DNA from: Dehalococcoidia bacterium
GTDB taxonomy: Bacteria > Chloroflexota > Dehalococcoidia > GIF9 > AB-539-J10
Assembly: GCA_030612025.1 (NCBI GenBank)
Contig: JAUWOR010000005.1
Location: 32,001 to 96,000 of the forward strand
DNA length: 64,000 bases
Reading direction: 5' to 3'
The notes beneath the pieces were generated by a model. It ran no database searches and was not told the DNA's origin. It worked only from the letters and a program-made list of their open reading frames with translations. Both the position numbers and the translations under genes were made by a program. Shown piece after piece: positions 27,190 through 36,683 of the stretch (positions are counted from its first letter, which is position 1; every line of letters starts with the position of its first letter).

Positions 27190-27851
27190 CTTATTGCTTC
27201 CCTGATTTTTTGTAATGCTTGGCTCATTCCTTCTTTAGCATTAAACACACTTGTGCCGACAACTAGAACTCTACCACCAGCCTTAACTATGCTAGATGCA
27301 TTGTTAATGGTAATACCTCCATCAACTTCGAGCTCGGCATCCACCTTTCTGCTATCAAGCATCCGGCGCAAGCGACTTATCTTTTCTAGTGTTTCAGGGA
27401 TGAAAACTTGTCCGCCGAAACCAGGGTCAACGCTCATAATAAGAATCAAATCAACCTGAGGCATAATCTCGTCTACCATGCTTAAAGAACTCGCTGGATT
27501 TAAAGCCACCCCGGCTTTTACCCCAAGTTCCTTTATTACTTGAATCGTTCGGTGGAGATGAGGGCAAGCTTCCGCATGCACGGTAATGATATCAGCGCCA
27601 GAATCGACAAAGTGGGAAATATGCCGCTCAGGCTGTTCTATCATCAAGTGGACATCTAAAGGCAAGTGTGTCCAGCTACGAAGGGAAGCCACTACTGGAG
27701 CCCCGATAGTGATATTGGGCACGAAATGTCCATCCATGACATCAATATGAATATAGTCAGCCCCTGCTTTAGTAGCCTCAGCTACTTGCTCCCCAAGGCG
27801 AGCAAAATCAGCAGAAAGGATTGATGGTGCTAGCTTAATTTTGTCCTTCAT
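27186..27851 (-). CDS. rpe: Ribulose-phosphate 3-epimerase
   Basis: APSILSADF, HIDVMDGHFVPNITIG, EVDGG. Confidence 0.97.
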   Translation of the reverse strand: MKDKIKLAPSILSADFARLGEQVAEATKAGADYIHIDVMDGHFVPNITIGAPVVASLRSWTHLPLDVHLMIEQPERHISHFVDSGADIITVHAEACPHLHRTIQVIKELGVKAGVALNPASSLSMVDEIMPQVDLILIMSVDPGFGGQVFIPETLEKISRLRRMLDSRKVDAELEVDGGITINNASSIVKAGGRVLVVGTSVFNAKEGMSQALQKIREAIS

Positions 27852-27876
27852 TTTTTACTCCTCTGAGTGAGATTCT

Positions 27877-29292
27877 TCATTCCACTTCGTTCCATTCAGA
27901 ATGACATACTTTGTCATTCTGAGCGTAGCGAAGAATCTCCCTTGCTCTGGTTAATGCTGCTTCTACCTGTTGGGGGGAAGTGCCGCCGACAATATTTCGA
28001 GCCGCCACAGATGATTCTAAGGTTATATTATATACATCTTCACTGAAAAGAGGGGAAAAATTGCGATATTCACTTAAGCTAAGCTCATGGAAGCCTTTGG
28101 CTTTGTTAACGGCGTATTCGCTAAGTTTAGCCACCACGCTATGCGCTTCCCTAAATGGCGTGCCTTTCCTCACCAGATAGTCAGCTAAATCGGTAGCCAA
28201 AATGTAATCCTTTTTAATAGCGTCACGAACACGCTTTACATTGACCTTGATTGTTTTTACCATTTCAGCAAATACTCTTAGAGTAGAGTGTAACGTATCC
28301 ACAGTATCAAAAAGCCCTTCCTTATCCTCTTGCGTATCCCGGTTATAGGCTAGAGGCAAAGCTTTCATGGTAGTTAGAATGGCTATCAGATTTCCATATA
28401 CTCGGCCTGTTTTACCTCTGGCGAGCTCCGCTACATCGGGATTTTTTTTCTGTGGCATGATGCTACTGCCAGTGGTAAAGGCTTCGCCAATCTCTATAAA
28501 GCCAAACTCGATGGATGACCATAGGACGATCTCCTCAGCTAATCGTGAGAGGTGCATCATAGTAAGAGCAGCCGAGGCCTGAAACTCTGCTACGAAGTCT
28601 TTATCAGAAACAGCGTCAAGGCTGTTAGTGCTTACTTTGCTAAAACCTAGGTCTCGGGCAACAAATTCCCGGTCTACAGGATAAGAAACGCCAGCCAAAG
28701 CACCGCTACCCAAAGGTAAGACGTCAGTGCGTTTGAAACAATCACAGAACCTCTCCTTATCCCGTTGAAACATCTCAAAATAAGCCAACAGATGGTGAGC
28801 GAGAAGCACTGGCTGAGCTTGCTGTAAATGGGTATAGCCAGGCATGATGACATCTTTATTTGCCTCAGCTAGTTCCACTAGCGAACGCTGCAAGGTTTTT
28901 AACTCATCAATGGTTTTCAAAATTTCCTCTTTAATAAAAAGGCGCAGATCTAAAGCTATTTGGTCATTTCGGGAGCGAGCGGTGTGGAGTTTCCCAGCCA
29001 CATCTCCAATCTTCTCAAAGAGCCTTGTTTCGATATTCATATGTATGTCTTCGAGTTCGATCCTAAATGGGAATTTTTCTTGCTCAATTTCCGCCCGAAT
29101 AGAAGTAAGTCCAGCAATTATACTTTTAGCATCGCTATTAGTTATTATCCCTTGCTTTGCTAGCATCTTAACATGAGCGATACTTCCTTCGATGTCATGA
29201 CGATATAAGCGTTGGTCGAAAGGAATAGAAGCGACATAATCTTGCGCCAGTTTATTAGCCTCTTTCTGAAAACGATGGTGTAAGTAATTCAT
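27877..29292 (-). CDS. argH: Argininosuccinate lyase (C-terminus extended by a repeat)
   Basis: HTARSRNDQ, GYTHLQ, GSSIMPQKKNPD. Confidence 0.97.
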   Translation of the reverse strand: MNYLHHRFQKEANKLAQDYVASIPFDQRLYRHDIEGSIAHVKMLAKQGIITNSDAKSIIAGLTSIRAEIEQEKFPFRIELEDIHMNIETRLFEKIGDVAGKLHTARSRNDQIALDLRLFIKEEILKTIDELKTLQRSLVELAEANKDVIMPGYTHLQQAQPVLLAHHLLAYFEMFQRDKERFCDCFKRTDVLPLGSGALAGVSYPVDREFVARDLGFSKVSTNSLDAVSDKDFVAEFQASAALTMMHLSRLAEEIVLWSSIEFGFIEIGEAFTTGSSIMPQKKNPDVAELARGKTGRVYGNLIAILTTMKALPLAYNRDTQEDKEGLFDTVDTLHSTLRVFAEMVKTIKVNVKRVRDAIKKDYILATDLADYLVRKGTPFREAHSVVAKLSEYAVNKAKGFHELSLSEYRNFSPLFSEDVYNITLESSVAARNIVGGTSPQQVEAALTRAREILRYAQNDKVCHSEWNEVE

Positions 29293-29362
29293 CTAAATCT
29301 GCCTCAAGTATCAAAGTGAAATCTTGATACTTTCTTTCCCTATTTGTCAACCAGTTTTCACT
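29292..29362. repeat. Island-junction repeats duplicated at 35375-35419 and 35205-35228
   Basis: tctaaatctgcctcaag..gtgaaatc.tgata recurs at 35375; cctatttgtcaaccagttttcact (24 bp) is identical at 29339 and 35205. Confidence 0.85.
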
Positions 29363-29651
29363 AAATAAGCGATTTTCATTGGTTAGGAAAAAGGTAATTT
29401 TTGTTGAATTAAGTCTCAGCATGGAAAACAAATAGGCGATGTTGTATTTATAGAGGGAACAGAAAGTGCCGTTTTCAGATTCTGGGTCTCAGATATCATT
29501 GCACACTACTCGCTATCTATAACCTCTTTGGTGAGTATCTAATTATAAAAAGCAGCCTTATGCTCAAATACTTATATCTCTCCAGTTTGTTTGGGGTAGT
29601 GCTGAGTGGTGTCACATTTGGATTCGTCGACTGGGAGAGAGCTTGATTATC

Positions 29652-30074
29652 TCACCCACCCCTTTTACATTCGTACTCGCCTGTCAGAAACTCGTGGCTA
29701 ATGCCATTCTGGATTGTTATTTCATCACCCACTACTGTTATCGTGGAGTGCCCTACGGTGACATCGCCGTATATATCATCAAAGTACTCCCAGCCCTTAG
29801 GCCAAAGGCCTTCCTCTGAGGGCCTTGATTTCCCATCGATAACACTATCACCATCCCAATCACAAAAGCGGATATAATTCACTCGTTCGCTATCCCGATA
29901 GTACTCAATTTCGGCGACAAGGCCGCTTGGACTTAGCGATTCAACAGTGATCTTGATAGTTTGGGTATATGTACCTGCACTGCATCCCGAGAATAGAATT
30001 ACCACTGTAGTTAATACCGAAGCTACAATTACCAAAGCATGTAGTTTCCCTTTCCATATGCCATTCTTTATCAT
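29652..30074 (-). CDS. Hypothetical lipoprotein
   Basis: Signal peptide ending LFSGC; DWDGDSVIDG resembles a Dx[DN]xDG loop; ATG 30074 preferred. Confidence 0.6.
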   Translation of the reverse strand: MIKNGIWKGKLHALVIVASVLTTVVILFSGCSAGTYTQTIKITVESLSPSGLVAEIEYYRDSERVNYIRFCDWDGDSVIDGKSRPSEEGLWPKGWEYFDDIYGDVTVGHSTITVVGDEITIQNGISHEFLTGEYECKRGG

Positions 30075-30574
30075 GTTAGGCTTTCTTTCCATTTGAAAAT
30101 TCTCCTGGGATTCTTCGCTCCACATTGGAACAGCAGTCTCACTGCTTGCGGTAATCTCTGCAACGCTTGTAAGGTATGCTGCGCCTAGAGTTGCCATTAT
30201 TCTACCACATGGTTCCGGCTTCTTGAAAGAGGATCTCCTGTTTGCACATTGTTGGTTTTGGCTTTTGTTTACGAACTATCACCATTATAAGCTTTCACTA
30301 TGAGCGGTTACTGGATCCAGCTAAACAATATGAGGGTTTATTGGGAATGCCCAGGTCTCCCTAACCAGCTGGTGAAATATTCTCCCGACAACCACGCAGA
30401 CTCTGGCTGATAGCGGGAGTAGTTTTCACCGAGCACGGCTTTGCTCTATAAGGATGGATGTGTTATTGTGTTGCTTATACTGGCTTCAGGTTCGTTCAAT
30501 AATCTATGTGAGATGGAAGCCAGCGAGTAGTGTAACCATGTCAGCTATGGTTTAGAAAGGTTGGGTAGAATAGA

Positions 30575-33361
30575 TTGAGTTCATTTGATCAGAGGAAATG
30601 GCAACGCTGGTTTTCCAAGATCGGAGGCGAGGAACCTGTACGACCTGCCCGGCGCGGAGGCGCCCCCAAGGCAATCATAATCATAGCCGTTGTCTTGGCT
30701 TTATTCATTGTCTTGGGTATAGCAAAGGGGTTCTACACTGACTGGTTATGGTTTAGCAGCCTGGGTTATGGCAGTGTCTATACCACTATCTTGAGAACCA
30801 GAATATTGCTCTTCTTCTCCGCGGCTATCATCTTTTGCATCTTGCTTTTAGGGAACCTAGTCCTGGCTACGCGCCTGGCACCCAAGACTGAAGCACATTT
30901 CTGGCCTTGGGCTATAGTACGTCGGCTACAACAGACCCTCAAGTTAGGTGTTATCTTGGGAACAGCACTGCTCAGTATAATATTTGGACTGGTGGCCCAG
31001 GGCAACTGGGAGGTTGTGCTGCGGTTCTTCAGCAGGCAGCCATTTGGCATCACTGACCCAATCTTCCATAAGGAGATTGGCTTCTACGTCTTCTCGTTGC
31101 CTTTCCTTAACATGCTGCGAAGTTGGGTCCTGGGCGCGCTGATAATCACCCTTCTTGGCAGTGCTGGAGTATATCTTCTGAGCTATGCGGCGCAGCGGCT
31201 TAAGTTCGACTTTGCCAGGCCGGTGCTAGCCCATGTTGGTGGACTGGCCATGGCTATACTTGGCCTTTTCGCCTGGGGTTACTGGCTTGGCATCTGGGAG
31301 TTAGTCTTCTCCGAACGAGGAGTGGTCTTCGGCGCCAGCTATGCTGATATGCATGCCAAACTTCCAGCGCAGTGGATACTCTTGGTAGTGGTGCTCGTGG
31401 TCATGGGAGTCATGCTGGTTTCTGTATTGAAACACAAATTTCGCTGGCCTCTCTACGCCATTGGGGGATGGATAGCAGCAGCCATCATCGCTGGAGGGAT
31501 ATTCCCCGCCGTGGTACAGCGTCTTCAAGTGGAGCCCAACGAGCTGGCCCGCGAGAGGCCCTACATCGAGTACAATATCCAATCCACCAGAGAGGCCTTC
31601 GCCCTGAGCCGGATTGAGGAGGAGCCCTTTCCTGCGGAGGGAACTCCGAGTTACCAGGATATAGTCCAAAATGAGGAGACCATCAATAACATCAGGCTCT
31701 GGGACCCACGCCCGCTAAAGGACACCTATAACCAGATCCAGTCCTTTCGGCTTTACTATGACTTCCATGATGTTGATATCGACCGCTATATCATTGATGG
31801 TGAGTACCGGCAGGTCATGCTATCGGGTCGGGAATTATCGGCGGAGAAATTGGCCGAGGAGGCGCAGACCTGGGTCAACCGTCGGTTACAGTTTACCCAT
31901 GGCTATGGTGTTGCCCTGAGTCCGGTAAATGAGGTCACTGTTGAGGGGCTGCCGGTATTGCTGGTAAAGGATATCCCCCCCGTTGGTAACTTCGATATAG
32001 AGCGACCGCAGATATACTTTGGGGAAAAGACTGATAATTACGTGATTGTGAAAACAAATACCCAGGAATTTGACTATCCTATGGGCGATGAGAATGTCTA
32101 CGGTCACTATGAAGGGACAGGCGGAGTTAGCATCAGCAGCTTCGTCCGCCGAGTGGCGTATGCCTGGCAATTTGCTGATTTTAATATCCTTATAAGTGGT
32201 GAGTTAACTCCTGAGAGCAGTGTCCTCTATTATCGGAATATCAGAGAGAGGGTGAACCACCTGGCACCATTTTTGCAACTGGACAATGATCCCTATCTAG
32301 TGATAATGGATGGGAGGTTATTCTGGATACAGGATGCCTATACCACCACTGAGCGCTATCCTTATTCTGAGCCGCATGGGAGTGGGCTAAACTATATTCG
32401 CAACAGCGTTAAAGCAGTTATTGATGCCTACAATGGCAGTGTAACCTTCTATATCACCGACCCAGAGGATGCTTTGATACGGACATACCAGGCTATCTTC
32501 CCCGAGCTCTTTGTCCCCGCTGAACAGGCGCCCGAGTCCTTGCGAGCCCACTTCCGTTATCCCGAAGATATGTTCAATATTCAGGCCTCGGTATACCAAA
32601 GCTACCATATGAGAGATGCCCGGGTATTCTACAATAAGGAAGACCTGTGGGCTATACCCAAAGAGCTCTATTTCGGCCAAGAACAGCCTATGGATTCCTA
32701 CTACATCATCATGCGCCTGCCAGATGAGGAGAGGGAGGAGTTCCTGCTGATGTTGCCCTTCACCCCGGTGAACAAGAATAATACCATTGGCTGGCTGGCT
32801 GCCCGCTCTGATGGAGAAAACTACGGGAAGCTGCTTGCCTACCTTTTCCCCAAGGAGCGGCTGGTGTATGGTCCTAGCCAGATCGAGAACCGAATCCAGC
32901 AGGATACCGTCATCACTGAGCAGCTTGCCCTGTGGGGTCGCGGTGGTTCTCGGGTTATCCGAGGCAACCTGCTGCTGATTCCTTTAGGCAAGTCCATCCT
33001 GTATGTGGAGCCAGTCTTCCTCCAGGCGGAGGGCGGTGGGCTGCCACAGCTAAAGCGAGTTATTGTAGTTGCCGGCGACCAGATAGCTATGGAACCCACG
33101 TTGGAGGAAAGCCTTGCCGTTATCTTTGGTACGGAGGCGATACCGCCTGAGGAACCTGAGGTTGAGCCACCGACTCCGGGAGAGCCAGAGGAAGCGCTAA
33201 GCGCGGAGATAGCCAGTCTAATTGAGGAGGCGCAACAGCATTATGACAGGGCTCAGCAGTACCTCAAAGCAGGTGATTGGACTGGCTACGGGGAAGAACT
33301 GGATGCCCTGAAGGCGGTGCTGGATCAGCTGGCGGAACTTATTGCTGAAGAGAAACGATAG
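30575..33361 (+). CDS. UPF0182 family membrane protein
   Basis: YTDWLWFSSLGY, DPIFHKEIGFYVFSLP, NIRLWDPRP, FTHGYG, HFRYPEDMF, VIRGNLL. Confidence 0.95.
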   Translation: MSSFDQRKWQRWFSKIGGEEPVRPARRGGAPKAIIIIAVVLALFIVLGIAKGFYTDWLWFSSLGYGSVYTTILRTRILLFFSAAIIFCILLLGNLVLATRLAPKTEAHFWPWAIVRRLQQTLKLGVILGTALLSIIFGLVAQGNWEVVLRFFSRQPFGITDPIFHKEIGFYVFSLPFLNMLRSWVLGALIITLLGSAGVYLLSYAAQRLKFDFARPVLAHVGGLAMAILGLFAWGYWLGIWELVFSERGVVFGASYADMHAKLPAQWILLVVVLVVMGVMLVSVLKHKFRWPLYAIGGWIAAAIIAGGIFPAVVQRLQVEPNELARERPYIEYNIQSTREAFALSRIEEEPFPAEGTPSYQDIVQNEETINNIRLWDPRPLKDTYNQIQSFRLYYDFHDVDIDRYIIDGEYRQVMLSGRELSAEKLAEEAQTWVNRRLQFTHGYGVALSPVNEVTVEGLPVLLVKDIPPVGNFDIERPQIYFGEKTDNYVIVKTNTQEFDYPMGDENVYGHYEGTGGVSISSFVRRVAYAWQFADFNILISGELTPESSVLYYRNIRERVNHLAPFLQLDNDPYLVIMDGRLFWIQDAYTTTERYPYSEPHGSGLNYIRNSVKAVIDAYNGSVTFYITDPEDALIRTYQAIFPELFVPAEQAPESLRAHFRYPEDMFNIQASVYQSYHMRDARVFYNKEDLWAIPKELYFGQEQPMDSYYIIMRLPDEEREEFLLMLPFTPVNKNNTIGWLAARSDGENYGKLLAYLFPKERLVYGPSQIENRIQQDTVITEQLALWGRGGSRVIRGNLLLIPLGKSILYVEPVFLQAEGGGLPQLKRVIVVAGDQIAMEPTLEESLAVIFGTEAIPPEEPEVEPPTPGEPEEALSAEIASLIEEAQQHYDRAQQYLKAGDWTGYGEELDALKAVLDQLAELIAEEKR

Positions 33362-33425
33362 CGTATTACTTTAACACTATGGCTGATTGTTACACATCTC
33401 AAGGATATAGATCATGACCAGCAGT

Positions 33426-33752
33426 TTAGTTTCTTCTTTGTCTTACTCTGCTACTGAAGCAGCCACCTCTCTTGTCACCATAGGAGCCCGTGCCTCTGTT
33501 CTTAGAAAGAGCGAGGGCCTGAATAACATCAATCGCCCTATCCCTTAGTGATTTTCCATTGAGGGCAGTGATTGCGGCTTGACCTTCAGACTGTGATGTC
33601 ATTTCAACAAATCCATATCCCCTAGATTGGCCACTACCAATATACTTGTCGTTCATGATGGTTACAGATAGCACTTCTCCGAAAGCCATGAATTCTCGTC
33701 GCAGTTCCTCCTCAGTCGCCTCGAGAGATAAGTTACCTACATATATATTCAT
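33426..33752 (-). CDS. RRM RNA-binding protein (Rbp type)
   Basis: RNP2 IYVGNL, RNP1 RGYGFVEM; start moved to MNIYV after an AAAGGGGG RBS. Confidence 0.9.
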   Translation of the reverse strand: MNIYVGNLSLEATEEELRREFMAFGEVLSVTIMNDKYIGSGQSRGYGFVEMTSQSEGQAAITALNGKSLRDRAIDVIQALALSKNRGTGSYGDKRGGCFSSRVRQRRN

Positions 33753-33880
33753 GTTGCCCCCCTTTCGCGGTAACGGGGTTATTCTTGGCCCGCTGTTTGT
33801 CACTAACGCCTGAACTAATAGCCCTTTGGAGTTATGAATACATTTTATGTGCCTTAAGCAGAAATAAATGAAGAGGGAGT

Positions 33881-34198
33881 TTAATATCTTCTCTGTCTTC
33901 CTCCGCTAAAGCCGCTGCCTCTCCTGCCACCATACGACCCGTCGCTTCTGTTATCAGAGCGAGGTCGAGCCGCATTAACAGTTAACATTCGATCCTTTAA
34001 AGTTTTCCCGTTGAGGCCAGTAATTGCAGCTTGACCTTCAGACACCGATGGCATTTCAACAAACCCGAATCCTTTTGGCTGTCCACTATACTTGTCCGTT
34101 ATGATATTTACAGATTCAACCTTCCCAAAAGCCAGGAATTCTTGGCGTAATTCCTCCTCAGTTACCTCATATGATAAGTTACCCACATAGATTTTCAT
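33881..34198 (-). CDS. RRM RNA-binding protein with Gly/Arg-rich tail
   Basis: IYVGNL, KGFGFVEM, tail GGRRGSGFSGGRQRRY; AAGGAG RBS. Confidence 0.92.
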   Translation of the reverse strand: MKIYVGNLSYEVTEEELRQEFLAFGKVESVNIITDKYSGQPKGFGFVEMPSVSEGQAAITGLNGKTLKDRMLTVNAARPRSDNRSDGSYGGRRGSGFSGGRQRRY

Positions 34199-34310
34199 AT
34201 TAGTGCTCCTTTCGCTTAATCTCGTAACTATTTGCCGAGGGTCTCGCCAGCATATCAAGTACCCAAGCAGAGTATGACCATAGTCATCAGCCTTTTGGTT
34301 GCTTTCTGGT

Positions 34311-34496
34311 TTACCCACAACGGCGCCTTCGTCTGGCGCTCTTTTGCGCTTTCATGCGTGCCACCTCCCCCTTGGATAAAAAATGATTATGGGCCTTTGC
34401 CTCGCGCAGAATTCCACTCATTTGCACTATCCTTTGAAAGCGACGCAGCAGGGAATCTTGGGATTCACCTTCACGTATCGAAACTTCCATTGACAT
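34311..34496 (-). CDS. rpsU: 30S ribosomal protein S21
   Basis: VSIREGESQDSLLRRFQR...GILREAK..F.SKGE..R.K...RRRRR. Confidence 0.85.
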   Translation of the reverse strand: MSMEVSIREGESQDSLLRRFQRIVQMSGILREAKAHNHFLSKGEVARMKAQKSARRRRRCG

Positions 34497-34572
34497 GACA
34501 CATCACCACATTCTAGAGACATGCACGGGCCAGATATCTCCAGCCCATGTATGTCTAAGGGCTCAAACCAGT

Positions 34573-34878
34573 TTATCTACCTGGTCTGACTTTACGGTAG
34601 CAATCGCTACAATACACTGGCTTATCACCGCGAGGTTCAAAGGGTACTTCGGTGTCTTTGCCGCACTCGGCGCATATTGCAGGAAACATTTGGCGTGGGG
34701 CCCCGTAGCTGTGGCCACTATTTCCGTATCGCTCTGCCTTCCTTGCCTGGCGACACGAGGGACAGCGCTTGGGCTCATTAGTATAGCCCTTAGATTGAAA
34801 AAACTCTTGTTCCTCAGCGCTGAAAGTGAAGGCAGTCCCACAATCGGAACACTGGATCGACTTGTCCTGAAAACTCAT
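34573..34878 (-). CDS. Zinc-ribbon / CxxC-x17-CxxC domain protein
   Basis: CSDCG.FTFSAEEQEFF..KG..NEPKRCPSCR and CAECGKDTEVPFEP..DKPVYCSDCY; AGGAGG RBS. Confidence 0.9.
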   Translation of the reverse strand: MSFQDKSIQCSDCGTAFTFSAEEQEFFQSKGYTNEPKRCPSCRQARKAERYGNSGHSYGAPRQMFPAICAECGKDTEVPFEPRGDKPVYCSDCYRKVRPGR

Positions 34879-34988
34879 TAGATGACCTCCTCTCTTCGAA
34901 ATTTTAGTTAGAGCTCCGGTCATCCAACACTTTGGGAAATCTGTGGTGATTCAAGTATGTAACAACCTAAACTGAAACTACTAAGTAA

Positions 34989-35017
34989 ATTATACACCAA
35001 AGCGACCCACTTTGCAA
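34989..35017 (-). promoter_or_regulatory. Sigma70-type promoter of the Zn-ribbon/rpsU/RRM operon, followed by a ~100-nt leader
   Basis: Minus-strand TTGCAA-17 nt-TATAAT. Confidence 0.7.
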
Positions 35018-35364
35018 ATAAATAGCCTAACCCTGTTAGTAAGAAGAACGCCACAACTAAAATCCAATGATTTTTGCTGGACACTGATGACGTGATTTAT
35101 CGCTTACTGCCTCACAGTACGTCGCCTAATTGGTAACAACATGATGGAAAGTGCAGTTTTCTAGTTACCTTCAAGCACTGGGGTGTAGCCTTGCTATTTA
35201 CCCTCCTATTTGTCAACCAGTTTTCACTGAACAGGTTACGCCTTGTGAATTCTAATGATGATTCGCAAAGCAATAATATTCCTAATTATACTATCTCAGG
35301 AATTTATCAACTTTTCCCGTCTATCCTGAATGCCCTGCCTAGGATTTTCAATTTCAACGTGGCT

Positions 35365-35460
35365 TTATTCTTCGTCTAAATCTGCCTCAAGCGTCGAGGT
35401 GAAATCCTGATATTTTCCCTCTCTTAGCCTTTGGAAGAACAAATCATAGCTTTCCACTTT
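35365..35460 (-). pseudogene. 3' gene stub, resembling the C-terminus of a type III-like restriction (Res) subunit
   Basis: KVESYDLFFQRLREGKYQDFTSTLEADLDEE*, no start codon, abuts the radical SAM stop. Family assignment is from recall only. Confidence 0.5.
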
Positions 35461-36679
35461 AGCTTTTATATGCCTTCATTTTTTCTCGGTGGAAAATGTG
35501 TTCTTCAGGTTGCTCTATGATATATTTGAATTCATTTACATCTTTTCCAAAGGCCCTCTCAAAGAATGGCCTTTTGGGCCCCACTACACCATGTGTAGCA
35601 TGTAAAATGCATTGTATGCCTCTCAATTGCTGCTTAGTCCAATGAGGATTATTGACATGCTTTCTATCCTTAGCATCCAAGGGGATAAATCTCATCGGGA
35701 AGGAAAAAATGTTTAGACCCAATTCTTCGTTTAATTCAATATTTATTCTTAATCTTTCATAGAAGTCTTCAGGGGTATCGTTATAGTTAAATAATATGAA
35801 GTTCGAAAGGTGTTTAATTCCATATTTATGAGCGAGGCGTATCTTCTCTATATATAGTCTTTTGAGTTCAATATGATCGAAAGCTATCCTTAAAGGCTTA
35901 ATAGCAATCTCACTTAGAAGTGCCATCTTTTCTTCTGTGAGCAATTTTGCATCTACTCCTTGGTTAAAGTCGATATAACGAAATCTTCCTTTAAACTTAG
36001 CTCCCTTGTAAAATCCATATTTCCCAATTTCCTCTATTATTTTTCGAAATTTGGAGGATGCCAAAACATTATTATCAAGGAGGATTAAGTCTTTCTTATC
36101 AGGGTCGATTTGTTTTTCCAAAGGTATGAAATGAACATACTCGGGTTCTAGTTTGGGCACTGCACAGTACGGACAATGCCATATACATCCTTTGGTCATA
36201 TACCCAATACTTGCGTCATTGGTATAATAATCGTATATGCCATCAAATAGTTTATAGTCTGGTGCCAACCTATCAACTTCTTCCCACAGTCCAAAGTGAG
36301 GTGTTATGCCAGTTTCCCTTCTTACATCATCCTGTAAGAGGGAACCAAGAATTCCTCCAACTTGAATATTACTTTCGTTAGCCTTGTTCCGTTGATAGAA
36401 TTTGATCGTGTTTATTGTGATATTCCACTGAAATGTAAACATAGTAGTAATGTAAATAGCATCCCATTTTTGGTCTTTTAATTCTTTATTCATGCCTTTC
36501 CAAAATTTCACTTCATCCCCTTGCTGCTTGTGGTAAGTCGAGATTTTCATTAATCCAAGGGGTGGATATTTGGCTTTGTAGGCTGGTTCTATGAGTAGCA
36601 CCCTCTTCGGTTTTTTGACTCGAATATTAGCTCTGATTGGTAGATCAGTGCTTAAACTCAATTTGTTGTCCTTTAACAT
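35459..36679 (-). CDS. Radical SAM protein with an N-terminal B12-binding-like domain
   Basis: CIWHCPYC (CxxxCxxC); LIEP..KYPPLGLMKISTYHK..GDEV; LDNNVLAS; DFNQGVD; RIAFD. Confidence 0.88.
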   Translation of the reverse strand: MLKDNKLSLSTDLPIRANIRVKKPKRVLLIEPAYKAKYPPLGLMKISTYHKQQGDEVKFWKGMNKELKDQKWDAIYITTMFTFQWNITINTIKFYQRNKANESNIQVGGILGSLLQDDVRRETGITPHFGLWEEVDRLAPDYKLFDGIYDYYTNDASIGYMTKGCIWHCPYCAVPKLEPEYVHFIPLEKQIDPDKKDLILLDNNVLASSKFRKIIEEIGKYGFYKGAKFKGRFRYIDFNQGVDAKLLTEEKMALLSEIAIKPLRIAFDHIELKRLYIEKIRLAHKYGIKHLSNFILFNYNDTPEDFYERLRINIELNEELGLNIFSFPMRFIPLDAKDRKHVNNPHWTKQQLRGIQCILHATHGVVGPKRPFFERAFGKDVNEFKYIIEQPEEHIFHREKMKAYKS

Positions 36680-36683
36680 CTTG

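Noticed and set aside
34495-34881. 128-aa plus-strand ORF
   Set aside because: Antisense shadow of the zinc-ribbon gene, which has the motifs, RBS and promoter.
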